Part shown: piece by piece, positions 23,441 to 35,200 of the stretch
How positions within the stretch are numbered: position 1 is the first letter of the stretch
How the letters are laid out: the number at the start of each line of letters is the position of its first letter
NCBI GenBank assembly: GCA_010093705.1
Contig: MU006098.1
Location: 882,666-946,665 of the forward strand
Length of the DNA: 64,000 nt
DNA from: Patellaria atrata CBS 101060
Lineage: Eukaryota
Direction: 5' to 3'
Made by a program: the position numbers and the translations under genes
Notes under the pieces: generated by a model
The model's database searches: none
Seen by the model: only the letters and a program-made list of their open reading frames with translations
What the model was told of the DNA's origin: nothing

Positions 23441-26400
23441 ATGGCTTCCCTCGTATCTGCCAGTGATCTAGTTAAGGCCAGTAAAATAGCGTTTGACATA
23501 TATCAGATGGGATGGTCGAAAGAACTAAACGCAAGTGAGTGATCAGCCTTCTTTAACTTGACCCCTGAGCACAGATCAGAAAGCCTTGTCGAATATGCAA
23601 ATTATCTATGTATATATATCTCGATTGATGACCACTCTCGCGTACTTGGTTTAAATAGACACTTACAAGCAAATTGTAGCTGTCCAATTTAACGAATTCG
23701 GCGAGGACATTAGAGGACTCGGTCAGAACCTCAAGGATGTCGTTACAGTAGTAACCAATGCGACACAACAACAATCGGGTGGAAATAAGTTCTGGGACCT
23801 GTCCTCTCTCGAGGAGATTATCGGGGATTACAACAGAACTTTGGCCGACTGCAGGGCGCTGTTACAGGAGAACCATCAAGTCAGTCAAAGAACAAATCCA
23901 GTGTACAGTGTACAATGGAACGTTCTTGTTCAGCCTCGTATTACTCGATTGCAGACGCGGCTTCAATTCCACAATTCGAAGGTATTCTGTAACTGACCAT
24001 ATCTCTCATCACATAAGCTAACTGGACAGATTGCCATCCTACTCAAACCACTTGAGCTGTAGGTTGGAAGCCATTATGAAATGCGATCTATGATATCCTA
24101 ACAGACTTCAGAAAACTTCTCACCGAAGTACATGATGATCTAGCTTCAAGGATCAATGCTGTACACAGGGAAGTACTCAACCTTAAGTCGTTGATTGTCC
24201 CGAATATCAATGAAGCGATCAGGCAAAGAGGACAACAACAGACGTACAATTTAGATGTTCCATCGTCTATAAGTACGCAGTTTGTTGATGTAGCTGAGAA
24301 GGATTACCCGGACATAAGAGCATTGGGGAAGTTCCCTTTGAAGGCAGGGGCCGACGCTTTTGTGTTTCATTTTAACAAGGTAAGGTATATTTCAGCGGGA
24401 GAGTATACGGACATTTCAAAACGTACTTTTGGACCCGTGCTAACTGTAGAACTACTGTATGCCCCAGAGGAGCTATCTAGTAGGAATCCCCATACGGATA
24501 ATACATTATTCCATACTAGAATACTATATTTCTTTACTTAACGCGATATTAGATTTTGTTGTAGAACACGTAAGGTATTATCCGTATGGAGATTCTTGCC
24601 ATAGATAGCTCCTCTGGGGCATACAATAGTCCTACAGTTAGCTCGGGTCTAAAATTACGCTTTAAAGTGTCCGTATACTTTCCCTATATCATCTTTCCTA
24701 ACCCTAAAGAATCTCAGGACAATTCGAGCTAATTGATTTTCGATAGAGCACTAGGAATTTTACGCCAGGTCGTTTCGTCCAGCAGAGGACGCCGTGTGCG
24801 CTTCAATACTTGAGCTTACTAAAATGTATCTGGATAATGAGTTATCTGAAAACAAGCAATGAACTTGTGATTGCTGGGTCGGAGTCCCACTGGCCCGACT
24901 ATATCAAGCAACTAGAAGAAGTAAGCAACGTTGAAGCTCAGAAGCACACGTATAATTCATAACTCATTCGTACATTTAGAACTTAGCCCTAGAATGTCAA
25001 CGATTTGAACCAGGTCGATATGATCAATTGATGGCTCCCCCGCTGGATGAAGTTTCGTCCGAAGACTTCAGTATATGGTTAGCAGATGAGCTTCAAAGTC
25101 TCCTGTCGCCTTTCCAGGAGACGGAAATGAGGGAGCAAATACTTCGAGTGTAAGACACCCTGCATGGTTACTTGTCCTTTGAACTATTTTTCTGACATAT
25201 CTTTAGCCGTTTACCAAGCTCTTCATCCTCCGTAAAGCACGAGCTGTCTTTATTCAAGACAGGTCCTTACAAGATGACGGTAGCTGAAAAAGTAGTAGAC
25301 ACTTCTTCACAGACTTCGAGGTCCGCAGGTAAGGTTCCGCTTTGACTTTCAAAGAAAGTCTTGATTCTGATGTAACAATTATTATAGATAGAGAGCTCGA
25401 CTTCGATCTTAGGACTGTAAAGTTGATCCCCATGTATGCGATGCCGAGTTCTTTATCGTCACGAAATCTCATCATCATCGCTGAAAATAAAACGTCCACG
25501 TTTACATTCTCAGAGACGAGACACATATTAAAATTCCAGCATGCGATAACAGGTTATAAAGTATATGAGGGTTATGATCAGTACGTGAATTCAAGGCTTC
25601 GTCCTAGCTTAACTAACTCTAGCAAGATCAGAAGTACGTGCATCGTTCGTTCTCTCCGGTTCGCGAGAGATAAAGGCGGATGTTCGAATTCAACTCTGGT
25701 TGCCGAAATCAATGCATTCGAGTACAATGTCAGCAAACGAGTCCAATGCAAGTGTCCAGACTACTATTCCTATTCCTTTGAGTAGTCCCAACTTCGGGAG
25801 CTATACAAGTGTCAACGCGAGCAACAGAATGGCGAGTCCGACACCCTTAGGCAGCAGACGTTTGTTACCCTTGAATACCATCAACCAGCCTAACGGAAGT
25901 ACGTCAGGGTTTTTAGATATCCCAAGTCCGATAAGTCCAAGTCGACTGTCTAGAAGAACCTCAACCATCTATTCAGCTTCAAGCTCAATGTCAACAGGTT
26001 CAAGCAGTATCTCAGCTATAAGTACTGGTTCGGGAAAGGGGAGGTTACATACAAAACCTCCAAAACCGATGATGGTACTCTTCGTTAAGGAGAGAGAGCA
26101 AGGAAGTAAGCTGTCGTTGGTCACCATCGAAATCGATGACCAAAGCTATATCAACCGAGATAACTGCCGCTGCAATCGTGCAAAGAGTGATTGCCATTAC
26201 AGTGCAATCGAGAGAAAGGGGAACCTTATTGCTCACCGATATGTTGCCGATGACGGTCTCAATGGCTGGGATGCTGCGGTACTAGCGATTACTCGCCAAA
26301 GAGACTCTAGAACAGCATGGGAAGGCTTGAAACGTGTCAATCTAAAGTTCAAAGAACTCAAAGGTATACTTATTATTGGCGTTCGCTTGAGTTTGCACTC

Positions 26401-26611
26401 ACCGCATCTAGATCGAGAACACTTCGCCGGCCAGATGTGCAACTGTAATATAAAAATGACCAACGATATGAAGCGCTGCATTCTTGAAGGTCACCGTGGT
26501 TTCTATGGTGAAATCCAACACATCGGTAACCAACGCCTTCAAAATTACCACGCAGACTGGTCTAGTAGCTGGAAACAGAACTTTTCGGAAAGACCAGATG
26601 CTTGGTCATAA
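23441..26611 (+). CDS. Multi-exon hypothetical protein (~9 exons) with an N-terminal helical domain
   Basis: MASLVSASDLVKASKIAFDIYQMGWSKELNA|TVQFNEFGEDIRGL... is joined by canonical introns through ORFs 24191, 25342 and 25700 (FQHAITGYKVY, VRIQLWLPK, PKPMMVLF, Cys-containing C-terminus). Function unknown. Confidence 0.7.
24397..24684. mobile_element. Non-autonomous fold-back element / MITE, Mutator-like, inside intron 24380-24746
   Basis: Imperfect ~110-bp terminal inverted repeats (24397-24504 vs 24575-24684) start GGGA and end TCCC. The flanks TATTTCAGC / TATATCATC match at 7 of 9 positions, like a degenerate 9-bp TSD. Confidence 0.85.
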
Positions 26612-27236
26612 CATACCAAGGCTGTATTCAAAAACTTTCGTGTGCATTGTGATGCATTATTCCGAGATGGCGTTGACGTTAGTAGCTTGGGGTAAAGGGT
26701 TGCTTTGGCATTGGTCCATGATACGGGATAGTCCGATATAGATTCTGAAACACAGTGGAATTATCCTTGGTATACGACACTTGTTGTTTTTGATCCCTAT
26801 TTCATTATAGCATTAGATGAGGTTCATTGGTCCTCTGTGAATAGATATGTCCTGATCTGAAAACGAGGGCAAAAGCCCGTTGACTGGAATCATGGCTGAA
26901 GTTAACGAGTGATGTGAAAGAAGAGATAACCGTCAAGCTCGGTAGAGTCAGAAGTCGATTGCGATGTGTAGACACTGATGAGTATAGTATGGGATAGTTT
27001 TCCTCCTGTATATGAAGGAGTTGGGACTGGATGTGAAAGCGGATTAAATGCCTCGGTTCTATTCTCTGAAGAAATTGTCCGACGGGAGCTATCTACCGCA
27101 GCTCTAACCTTGACGCTTGTGTGAATGACGCAGGAGTCGAGCATCAACTATTTACATTCTTTCTATATATTATCAAAGGTTTTTTCTCCTATCTAAAGTT
27201 CCTAAACGCTCTTTTGTTCTCTTCTCTTCTTGTAGG

Positions 27237-28321
27237 ATGTCAACCGAAGAAGGGTGGCACACCGTCGATGATGGAGCTAAGTTATACACCAAAACATGGA
27301 AGGTGAGTTAAGTCCCCAAAGACATCCTCAAATATCGTAGAATGACTTAGGGATTAGGCAAGCGATGAGAAAGCTAGACTCGTCTTCGTTCATGGTTTCA
27401 GCGATCACTGTATGTAACTGCTATGTCTCTTCTCCGACGCGCAGTACGCTCATCCGATTGGACAGGCAACGCCTACTACAATTTCTTCCCAACCCTTTCC
27501 GCTAAAGGTATTACCGTATATGCTTTTGACCAACGAGGTTGGGGCCGCAGCGTTATCAAGTCTTCCCAAAAGGGCCTCACAGGTCCAACGACGCGGGTCC
27601 TCGCGGACATCACATCCCTAATCAGGCCGCTGACACCTTCACCTGTACCGTTGTTTCTGATGGGACACTCTATGGGCGGAGCAGAGGTTCTGACTTGGAT
27701 GTCTCAGGGCCCGGCCGATGTGAAGAAACATATTCGGGGATATCTAGCAGAAACTCCCTTCATCGCGATTCACCCTTCGACACGTCCTCTGAAAATGACT
27801 GTTGTATTAGGTAGACTAGCAGGGAAAGTATTACCGCGTAAACAAATGGTCCAAGTCATCGACGCAAAATTTGTATCCCGAGATTCAGCGGTTCAGAAAG
27901 CGTTCGCGGAAGATAGGCTCTGCCATGATACAGGAACACTAGAAGGGCTGGCTGGGATGCTCGATCGAGCAGCAGATCTGGAGAACGGGAAAGTTAAAAT
28001 CAGTGAGGGTGCTGGTGAAGGGGGAATCACAAGATTGTGGGTCGGCCACGGGACGGAAGATAAGGTTTGCAGCTATGGCGCCGCAAAGGAATTCTTTGAT
28101 ACTGTAACGGTGAAGGACAAAGAATTCAAAACGTACCCAGGATGGTATCACAAACGTAAGCAATCCTTTAATCCGACTGCATGGAAGAATCAAACTGATT
28201 TGACGTAGTACATGCGGAACCTGGAGAAGATAGCATCACATTCGCAAATGATATTGCGAAATGGATTCTTGATCGCAGTGGCGCAACCGGAGAACCTAAC
28301 GAATCGAAGTCGAAGCTATGA
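27237..28321 (+). CDS. Alpha/beta hydrolase, Yju3/monoglyceride lipase-like, C-terminal SKL; 4 exons
   Basis: LYTKTWK, VFVHGFSDH, FDQRGWGRS, nucleophile GHSMGG, HGTEDKVC and YPGWYHK|LHAEP motifs. The last exon ends ESKSKL*. Confidence 0.9.
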
Positions 28322-28759
28322 TATTGAGAAGGTACGGAGGATTTTGCAAAGCTGGATCTTCGAATTCAATCGGATTAGCATGGCGCATGGAGGAAGTCCA
28401 TAGAGGATAACTCAAAAGTTCGGTGTATGTCAGCATGAATTTTAGCCACGGCGTTCCATAGGAAATCCTTTCGAAATTGTGTTTTTGAGGAGAATCATTG
28501 CCTCTCTATCTTATTACTGAGTGGTGCACGTGACCGGTTTACGATAAAAAATTCCGCGCACCTCGCTCCGGCAACGTCCCCAGAATGCAGAATAGAAGCT
28601 GCAGGGCAATGCACCCCAAGGCTCTAAAGCACGAGCTTGGATTATCCAGAACTCAAGTTCGATACCACCTTTAGCTGACGGGAGGTGTGTTTCGGTTTCT
28701 TCCCTCCACTATCCTCCCAGTCAGTTCGGTGTCTCCTCTTGCCCTCCATTATTGGGACT

Positions 28760-29523
28760 ATGAGTGGCACGGGTGAGAATACACGGTACGTATACTCTCA
28801 TCTTTCGTCTCAATATTCTAGATCTATCTTCTAACCTACGATTTCCGATCAGTGCCTGGCGCCGCGGCTCCAATGCTCCCTCCAACGCACAACGTCAAAA
28901 TACGGGTCCATCCCGTGACCGCTCAGGTGCCAACACGCCCAACCGACAGGACAGCGGACGTACATCTTTAGGTGGTTCGCAAGCTGGAAATGCTTGGGGA
29001 CGGGATAAGAACGCTGGCGGTGCCTCTGTTGGCTCTGGGGGTGCGGTCGGAGGAGCCTTCGCCGATGAATCGCATGTTGAGGTTGGTGGGTTCAATGGTG
29101 CTGCGGTGCGGGAGAATTTGAGGAAGGGTATGTCTATTGATTAGTTTAAAACTAGATGGAACATCTGCGACTCCATACAAGGAACGGCCCATAGCAGACT
29201 GCAAGTCAGAGAGCTAATTGGTTATGATAGGATATAAAGATGCGATTGCCGCAAGTGGAGGTTGGTGCAATGGAACACTCATCCCGCCTCGTATTCCAGA
29301 TGATCATGAAAGCTAACACCATATAGCTGATGAGAAGTCATTGCTCTTTAAATCGCAAGCAGATGCTCCGGCCAAATCAGGCGGTGTTTGGGGCACTAAA
29401 CGTGAGTCTCTTCTTTGTTCAGTGTATTGGTAAATCGCTGATATCGTGACAGCGAGTCAAATGGCCAACGGACAAGACTTCTTTATTCAACTTCGTAAGC
29501 AACTTGCGAACCTTGAAAAGTAG
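28760..29523 (+). CDS. Small G/S/N-rich hypothetical protein, 5 exons
   Basis: MSGTGENTR|AWRRG...HVEVGGFNGAAVRENLRK|GYKDAIAASG|ADEKSLLFKS...VWGTK|PSQMANGQDFFIQLRKQLANLEK*. All four introns are GT-AG and frame-consistent. Confidence 0.75.
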
Positions 29524-30184
29524 AAGCCCTTGAATACACTTGCTTACTATCTTGTCTTTGCGAACATATTTCCATAGAACGGGCGTCGTTAAGCGGCATT
29601 GGGCATTAATGGCGTATGGAGAATATCCCGGCATGAATCAATACTGTAGTTAAACCTTCGCTATATACTTCGATCCTTAGAAGTATCCTTTTTTGGCCCA
29701 AGGATTAGTCTCAGTATGAGTCTCAGGCTCACCAGCTTGTAACTTTTGCTTTACAAAATTCTTTGTGCCAACATAATTCGTCAGAAATATTTGTACCTAG
29801 GAATAAGAACATATTTGGTATAAACCATTAGACTGACACTAGGACTATTGGATTGATCTTATTCTACTGTACATATATATGATTGCCAGAACCTTGAACC
29901 GCGGGATATTTGACAACTCAACTTTAACAGGAAACAACTGACGATTAAATCAGGCCCAGAATCATTTGACAAGCTCAAATCATTGTCCGTTGAATGGTTT
30001 TAGGCAAGAGTGAAAAAGCAAACTAACTTGGTTCTTGGTGGAAGGCTTTCCGTCCTGTTGACCTGGATACGTACTAGAACTATGCCCACACGTCGCTCGC
30101 GGTACTGTACTGTACAATAACTTTCTCCTCAACCTCCACAGTTCCACCAGCTCGGACAATAAAGCATTTTACTACGCTAGACTA

Positions 30185-31460
30185 ATGTCTTCACCACCAC
30201 AAACACCCCACCGTCCCCCCACCTCACACCGGCGACACCCGTCTAGCCTTGACCTTCGCACAACTCCATCACGATACTCAGTGAGCCGGCGCTCATCCGC
30301 AGCAGGCTACTCACCTATCACACCCCGGTCTAGCCATGGTATAGGCAACAGTCTTGCAAACGAACTTGACGATCTCGGCGATGGCGTTGTGGGTGGAGAT
30401 TTCGGGACACTGGCGGATGAGCTTGCTGAGGCATGGGATGAAGAAGAGGAAGAGACGGAAGAGGATGTGCACAACGGGTTTGAGGACGAATTGGAGCGTT
30501 TGCGAAGTAATAGCAATAGCAATAGCATTGGTGACCTCGGACGTGACAGCGGAATCGCGATTGATTCACCCGTAGGTCACAGCAATTTGGCACCGTCTGT
30601 AACTCAAAGAAGCGCGAGATATCATAGAAGGAAAACGTCACGGTATGATGGTTCGGATTATGGGTCAGATAGCGAACTGGAGGCTCCAGACGGTATCTCA
30701 GCAGGGCTCGAAGCACGTATCGCAGCTGTAGAAGGACTGGTGAAGAGAGGGTTGGAAGAGAACGGTAGCTCTGCAGATACCGTGGTTGCAAGGTTGACAG
30801 GGCAACTAAGAGATTTGGGGAGCCAAGCTGCTGCTGAAGGGGGTGCGACGCGGTGAGTTATCTCTTTTCCTTTCTACGTAATGTAGAAAGAGGACGAAGC
30901 TACCTGCTTTTGATTTGAGCACCTTTGGGCACAAAAAGCACCTTACTAATTGGCTGAATAGTCTCACAACCGCAAACACTTCCATAACTACCCACCTCAC
31001 ACACCAAACCCGCGTCATAAACTCCTTAACATCTTCCCTCCTCGGACCGTTTGCCGTACTGCCATCGCTAGAACTCATCGACGAACTCCTTCCCCTCCTC
31101 GTCGACACTCTCGAATCACTTCCCCAACCTCCAACCGCGCCCATATTCGCGCTTCATGCCCTCACCAATAGCACACGTGAACTACTAGCCTCGCTGTCCT
31201 ACCTTTCCGATTCATTGCAAATCTCTCGAGAAACAACAACGACCGCGACGAGGCGGCTAAAGACCGTGACGGAGGCGATGGGCGAGTGGAAACGTGAACG
31301 GGAACTAGAGGAAGAAGGTCGACGGTGGATAGAAAAGGGAGAGTGGGAGCGGAGACTTAGGGAGAGAGAGGCAAAAAAGGTATGTGGGGAGGTTGTCGGA
31401 GGGTTCGAAGAAGTGTGTGATGGGTGGCGGAGACGGTTTGTTGAAGGGCTTGGGGCGTAA
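30185..31460 (+). CDS. Hypothetical protein (acidic N-terminus, helical/coiled-coil C-terminus), 2 exons
   Basis: ORFs 30185-30856 and 30915-31460 are joined by a GTGAGT..CTAAT..TAG intron (EGGATR|LTTANTS). Motifs GTLADELAEAW and VCGEVVGGFEEVCDGWRRR. Confidence 0.8.
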
Positions 31461-32191
31461 GACGTTGAAGTACTGGCTGCCAGGACGGACCATATTACTC
31501 TTACCCTCAGAGTCAGGATGTAATGGGCTAACAAAGGCGATTCAAGGACATTGACATATGGGATACGGGCGTAAGGGGGCGGCTTTGATTGACATTACCT
31601 TACGTATGTGGGAGAAATGGCCGATGCGGTTGGAGTTGGAAGACTAATTTATTTCCAAAACGAGACTTGTGCAACTGTCTCGATATCCACGGCCGCTTGG
31701 AGAGAGCAATAATTAAAGATGGAATAATAGTACCATGCTTCGCGGGTGATAGCGCTCGTATTTCATAGAGACGAAGGTTTTACCCACGAGATCAATAGGA
31801 TGGGTTACTATCCGAAGAATATCACGGTACGAATAAGCCCAATGCACTTATTGATGGATTTGTTACCTAGAATTCTAAAAGAAAATTGTAAAGCGTACTT
31901 CGAATACATACCTAAAAGAATCCGAACAATAAAGCATAACAGTTCATATCTCTATCCCCATCTGGACTCTGATTACATTTGCCGGTCAAGCTTACTTGAT
32001 TCTACTCTTGATGTACGTTCATTGATAAAGGGTATAAAAGATCAAGAATGTCCAGCATGTGCCCGTAAATCACGCCGCCGATGCACAGCTATTCAGTATG
32101 CAGAACCATTACACATTATAGTAAGAATAGTCTTCACGGCGCGGGATTAGAAAGCTACATTGAATGATTACAGGCAATTACCCTACATCAA

Positions 32192-33580
32192 TCAAAATGC
32201 TGTCGCTATGAAATAAGCCTCTCTATAGCCTGCAGGAATCTCCCCAGTGCTCATCGCCATCCTATAGCCCATCGTAGTGCTGTACTCCTCTGTAGTTAAG
32301 ACCCTAACATAGTCCCCATTCGCCCTACATTCCAAAACCATCCCATTTACAGTGCCGCCTCTGTTCGAAGTCACCAAGCATTGGAGCGTTCGTGGTCCTC
32401 GCGCGAAATTCGATTGCACCCAAGCCGGATCGCTGCCATCGTAGAGTTGAAACTTACGGCCGAAGCAGTAGAGCGTCGAGTCCTCGCGTTCTAAGCCGCA
32501 AGCTAACCAGTTCCAATTCGACGGTGCCTTTGCACTGATGAAGTTGTTCGCGGTATTGTCACGTTTCACTTCTTCGCGCTCGTAGAGGCCTGGACTCGTT
32601 GCCGCCAGGCCGAAGGGTCTGATCTTGATTGCGGATATGACGACGTAGGATTGTGTAAAGGGACCATTGAAGTTCGCTGGCATGAGATAGCAGGTCCCTT
32701 GATCTCCCTCGGATGTAGGGGGCCTCCAAGACGCGGCGGTGCAGTCCACCCACCTCTCATCGCAGGTTTGGAGACATTCGGTGAGACTTGTTGTGGATAT
32801 GCTATCTGAACCAGCGCCCGAGAAATCCATGCCGCACTGGATCTGGTATGAAGTGGATGGAGTATCGTAGATTGTTTCATGCGCTGTAGGACATTCGAAG
32901 TCACTGAATTTCCAAGGATCGCTGGGGGTTGGTGTAGAAACTGCAGTGGTAGTTGGTGTCCCAGAGGAATCACTAATTACCTTTGCACCGATGATACCCG
33001 GGTGCCGTTTCCCTTTGGTTAATCTCGGTGGTCGGATTGTATCTTTCAGGGTACAATGGCGGGTGTCTTCGACGAACCTCAAAGCAACGCATCGTAAGTC
33101 ATTTCCACACGCAGTCAAACATGCTGAAAAGGTGATTCCAAAAAGATCCTGATAGTCGCCGTCCCGATGATCGACTCCGCACTCTACTTTCAACCGCCTA
33201 TTATTCACAGAGTGGACCACTCCGTCTTCTCGAGGACACCACGTCTGGTCATCTTCCTGCCGGGCTACCAGTCCCCTTTCCTCTAACGAGTTACGGAGTT
33301 CGAGTGCAGCATGCGGTTTGAGGTATACTCCACCCGTGGGCTCTGGGAGACAGCTGCAGGCGGAGCTGACGCGAGCGGCACGATGTCCACAATTCGACAG
33401 GTAGGCCGGTGTGGGTTGTGGAAGACGTGTAGAGTACACAGCGGTGAACTGATGACAGTAGTTATGAGCGAGTGAAGAATTTCCGAGTCTTTCTAAACAT
33501 GAATCTTGCACACAGGATCCTGATGCACTAACAGACAAAACGAGTGACAAGATAACGACAAATAACGAACGGAAGTCCAT
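32192..33580 (-). CDS. Secreted Cys-rich multidomain protein with two PAN/apple-like modules, 462 aa
   Basis: Signal peptide; N-terminal C..D.C...SSACSC module; two repeats of C-x-ECG(V/M)D...CL..C....C......C.L; T/P linkers. Confidence 0.8.
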   Translation of the reverse strand: MDFRSLFVVILSLVLSVSASGSCVQDSCLERLGNSSLAHNYCHQFTAVYSTRLPQPTPAYLSNCGHRAARVSSACSCLPEPTGGVYLKPHAALELRNSLEERGLVARQEDDQTWCPREDGVVHSVNNRRLKVECGVDHRDGDYQDLFGITFSACLTACGNDLRCVALRFVEDTRHCTLKDTIRPPRLTKGKRHPGIIGAKVISDSSGTPTTTAVSTPTPSDPWKFSDFECPTAHETIYDTPSTSYQIQCGMDFSGAGSDSISTTSLTECLQTCDERWVDCTAASWRPPTSEGDQGTCYLMPANFNGPFTQSYVVISAIKIRPFGLAATSPGLYEREEVKRDNTANNFISAKAPSNWNWLACGLEREDSTLYCFGRKFQLYDGSDPAWVQSNFARGPRTLQCLVTSNRGGTVNGMVLECRANGDYVRVLTTEEYSTTMGYRMAMSTGEIPAGYREAYFIATAF

Positions 33581-34825
33581 CTTTCACGAAAAGAAGAAGA
33601 GGACGAGCAAAGGTAGGGAAAAAAGAGCGAAAGGTGAAGGAAACGGGGGGGTTAACTTTAGTTTTAGGTCAACATACTACATGTTTTTCTGGATAGACTA
33701 AAAGCTCTAGAGCGTGTTGATCGGAAGGTCAGCTCAGCCACGGCTTTCAGAGTGAGAAATTAGAAAAGAGCATTAAATCTGCGGGTCCGAAACAATCGAA
33801 AGCAAAGTAGCTTTTGCCAGCGAATTTGAGCCTCTTACACCGGACAAGTTAAGCTCCCAGCCACGATCTATCACCGTAACGAAGATGGCGTCTTGGACAT
33901 GAAGTGATTCGAGGGGAGGGCTATCCTACGCTTCGGAAACAGCACCTTGCACGCAATTGAAAACGCCACAGGCGCCTTATGAAAAGGGGTTAATAGTATT
34001 GGTCTGTAGAGGTAAGACTATGCCTTGTTACGGCCTGATGATGATAATGAGGGAATGAACACTGAATAAAAGCATTGTAGGGAAGCCATCATGTTGTTAC
34101 TCTCAATAACAGAAATTCTCGTAAAGGATGTTGATGGTAATAATGATGGGTTTGGATTTGTACCTGTACGGTGTCGTTCAGTCCCAGTTGTCGATCCGGT
34201 TAAATTTAGTGTCCCTTTGTCGATCATTCTAACTCCTAAGACGTCGAAAAACAACACCAGGTGCTATGGATGAATTCCTAGATATCAATGTCGAGTACGC
34301 ATCCTAAGTTTCCTACTCTTTACATCTCTGTTTAAGCGACCGGCACTTCCCAATAGATCATCACCTATAGAACTGCACAAGATATCTCGATAGAACGAAT
34401 TGGAGACGGCAACAGTTCTCTATTCGCAATCTCCCCTCTGCTGGACGACTCAAAGTCATGAAATCAATATCTGGCTCAATGAAGATTGCAAGCAGTGTAT
34501 TGTGGAACCTATCGGCCCTAAGTCATATTAATCTGCAGCAAGCTTTTGATGACCGATTGTGAACTCATCATCCATTTTCAAGACCATAACCATGCCATTG
34601 TAGAAAGAGACCATGCCTTACACCGAAATAAAGGACCATCAACTCCATCGCGAGACCATGAAGGGCGGAAACTAGAACCAACCACCGAAATCGATTAATC
34701 AGAACCACCGGGAGCTTGCTTTTGGTTTCCTGGAGTGATGTTGACTCAATATCGCGTAGACAACTGCCTAGAAATCATTGACACGTTGATCCGAATTTAG
34801 AGCGGTGTTGTCCTCGTGTGGAGAC

Positions 34826-35200
34826 TTAGATGCGGTCAATAGGAAGATCTTCGCCAACGGCCTCACGCTGGTGGCAACGGCCCCAGCACTTATTGCACTA
34901 TAAGTAATATGGTCAGTCAGATCCGATCTGAAAAGTTTAGGAGACATACGGCAGCGCCTTTGCATATTCGATCTTCACATGGCTTAATGCAGTAGAATTG
35001 GGCGCCACAAGCATATGAAGCGTTAGTATGGTCCTAAAACACGCGCACATCGAGCTTACAAAGTAGCACTTCTGGAACTCGGCGTCACAGTCACCAGCGC
35101 AGTCCATGGCACGGCAAGACTCGGGAGTGGGCTCAGGGATACCCTGAGGAAAAGCAGACGCAAGGGCGAGGCCAGAGGCAAGAACAAGGAGGAGACGCAT
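34826..35200 (-). CDS. Small secreted Cys-rich protein (~91 aa, effector-like); exons 35200-35060, 35012-34950, 34897-34826; first acceptor reads AT instead of AG
   Basis: Signal peptide MRLLLVLASGLALASA, then CRAMDCAGDCDAEFQKCYF|ACGAQFYCIKPCEDRICKGAA|CNKCWGRCHQREAVGEDLPIDRI*. Donors GTAAGC and GTATGT; branch sites CTAAC and CTGAC. Confidence 0.75.

Noticed and set aside
24697..24707. CCTAACCCTAA resembling a telomere repeat or telomerase RNA template
   Set aside because: Under two repeat units and inside a coding-gene intron. A similar 9-mer occurs by chance in the LPMO CDS.
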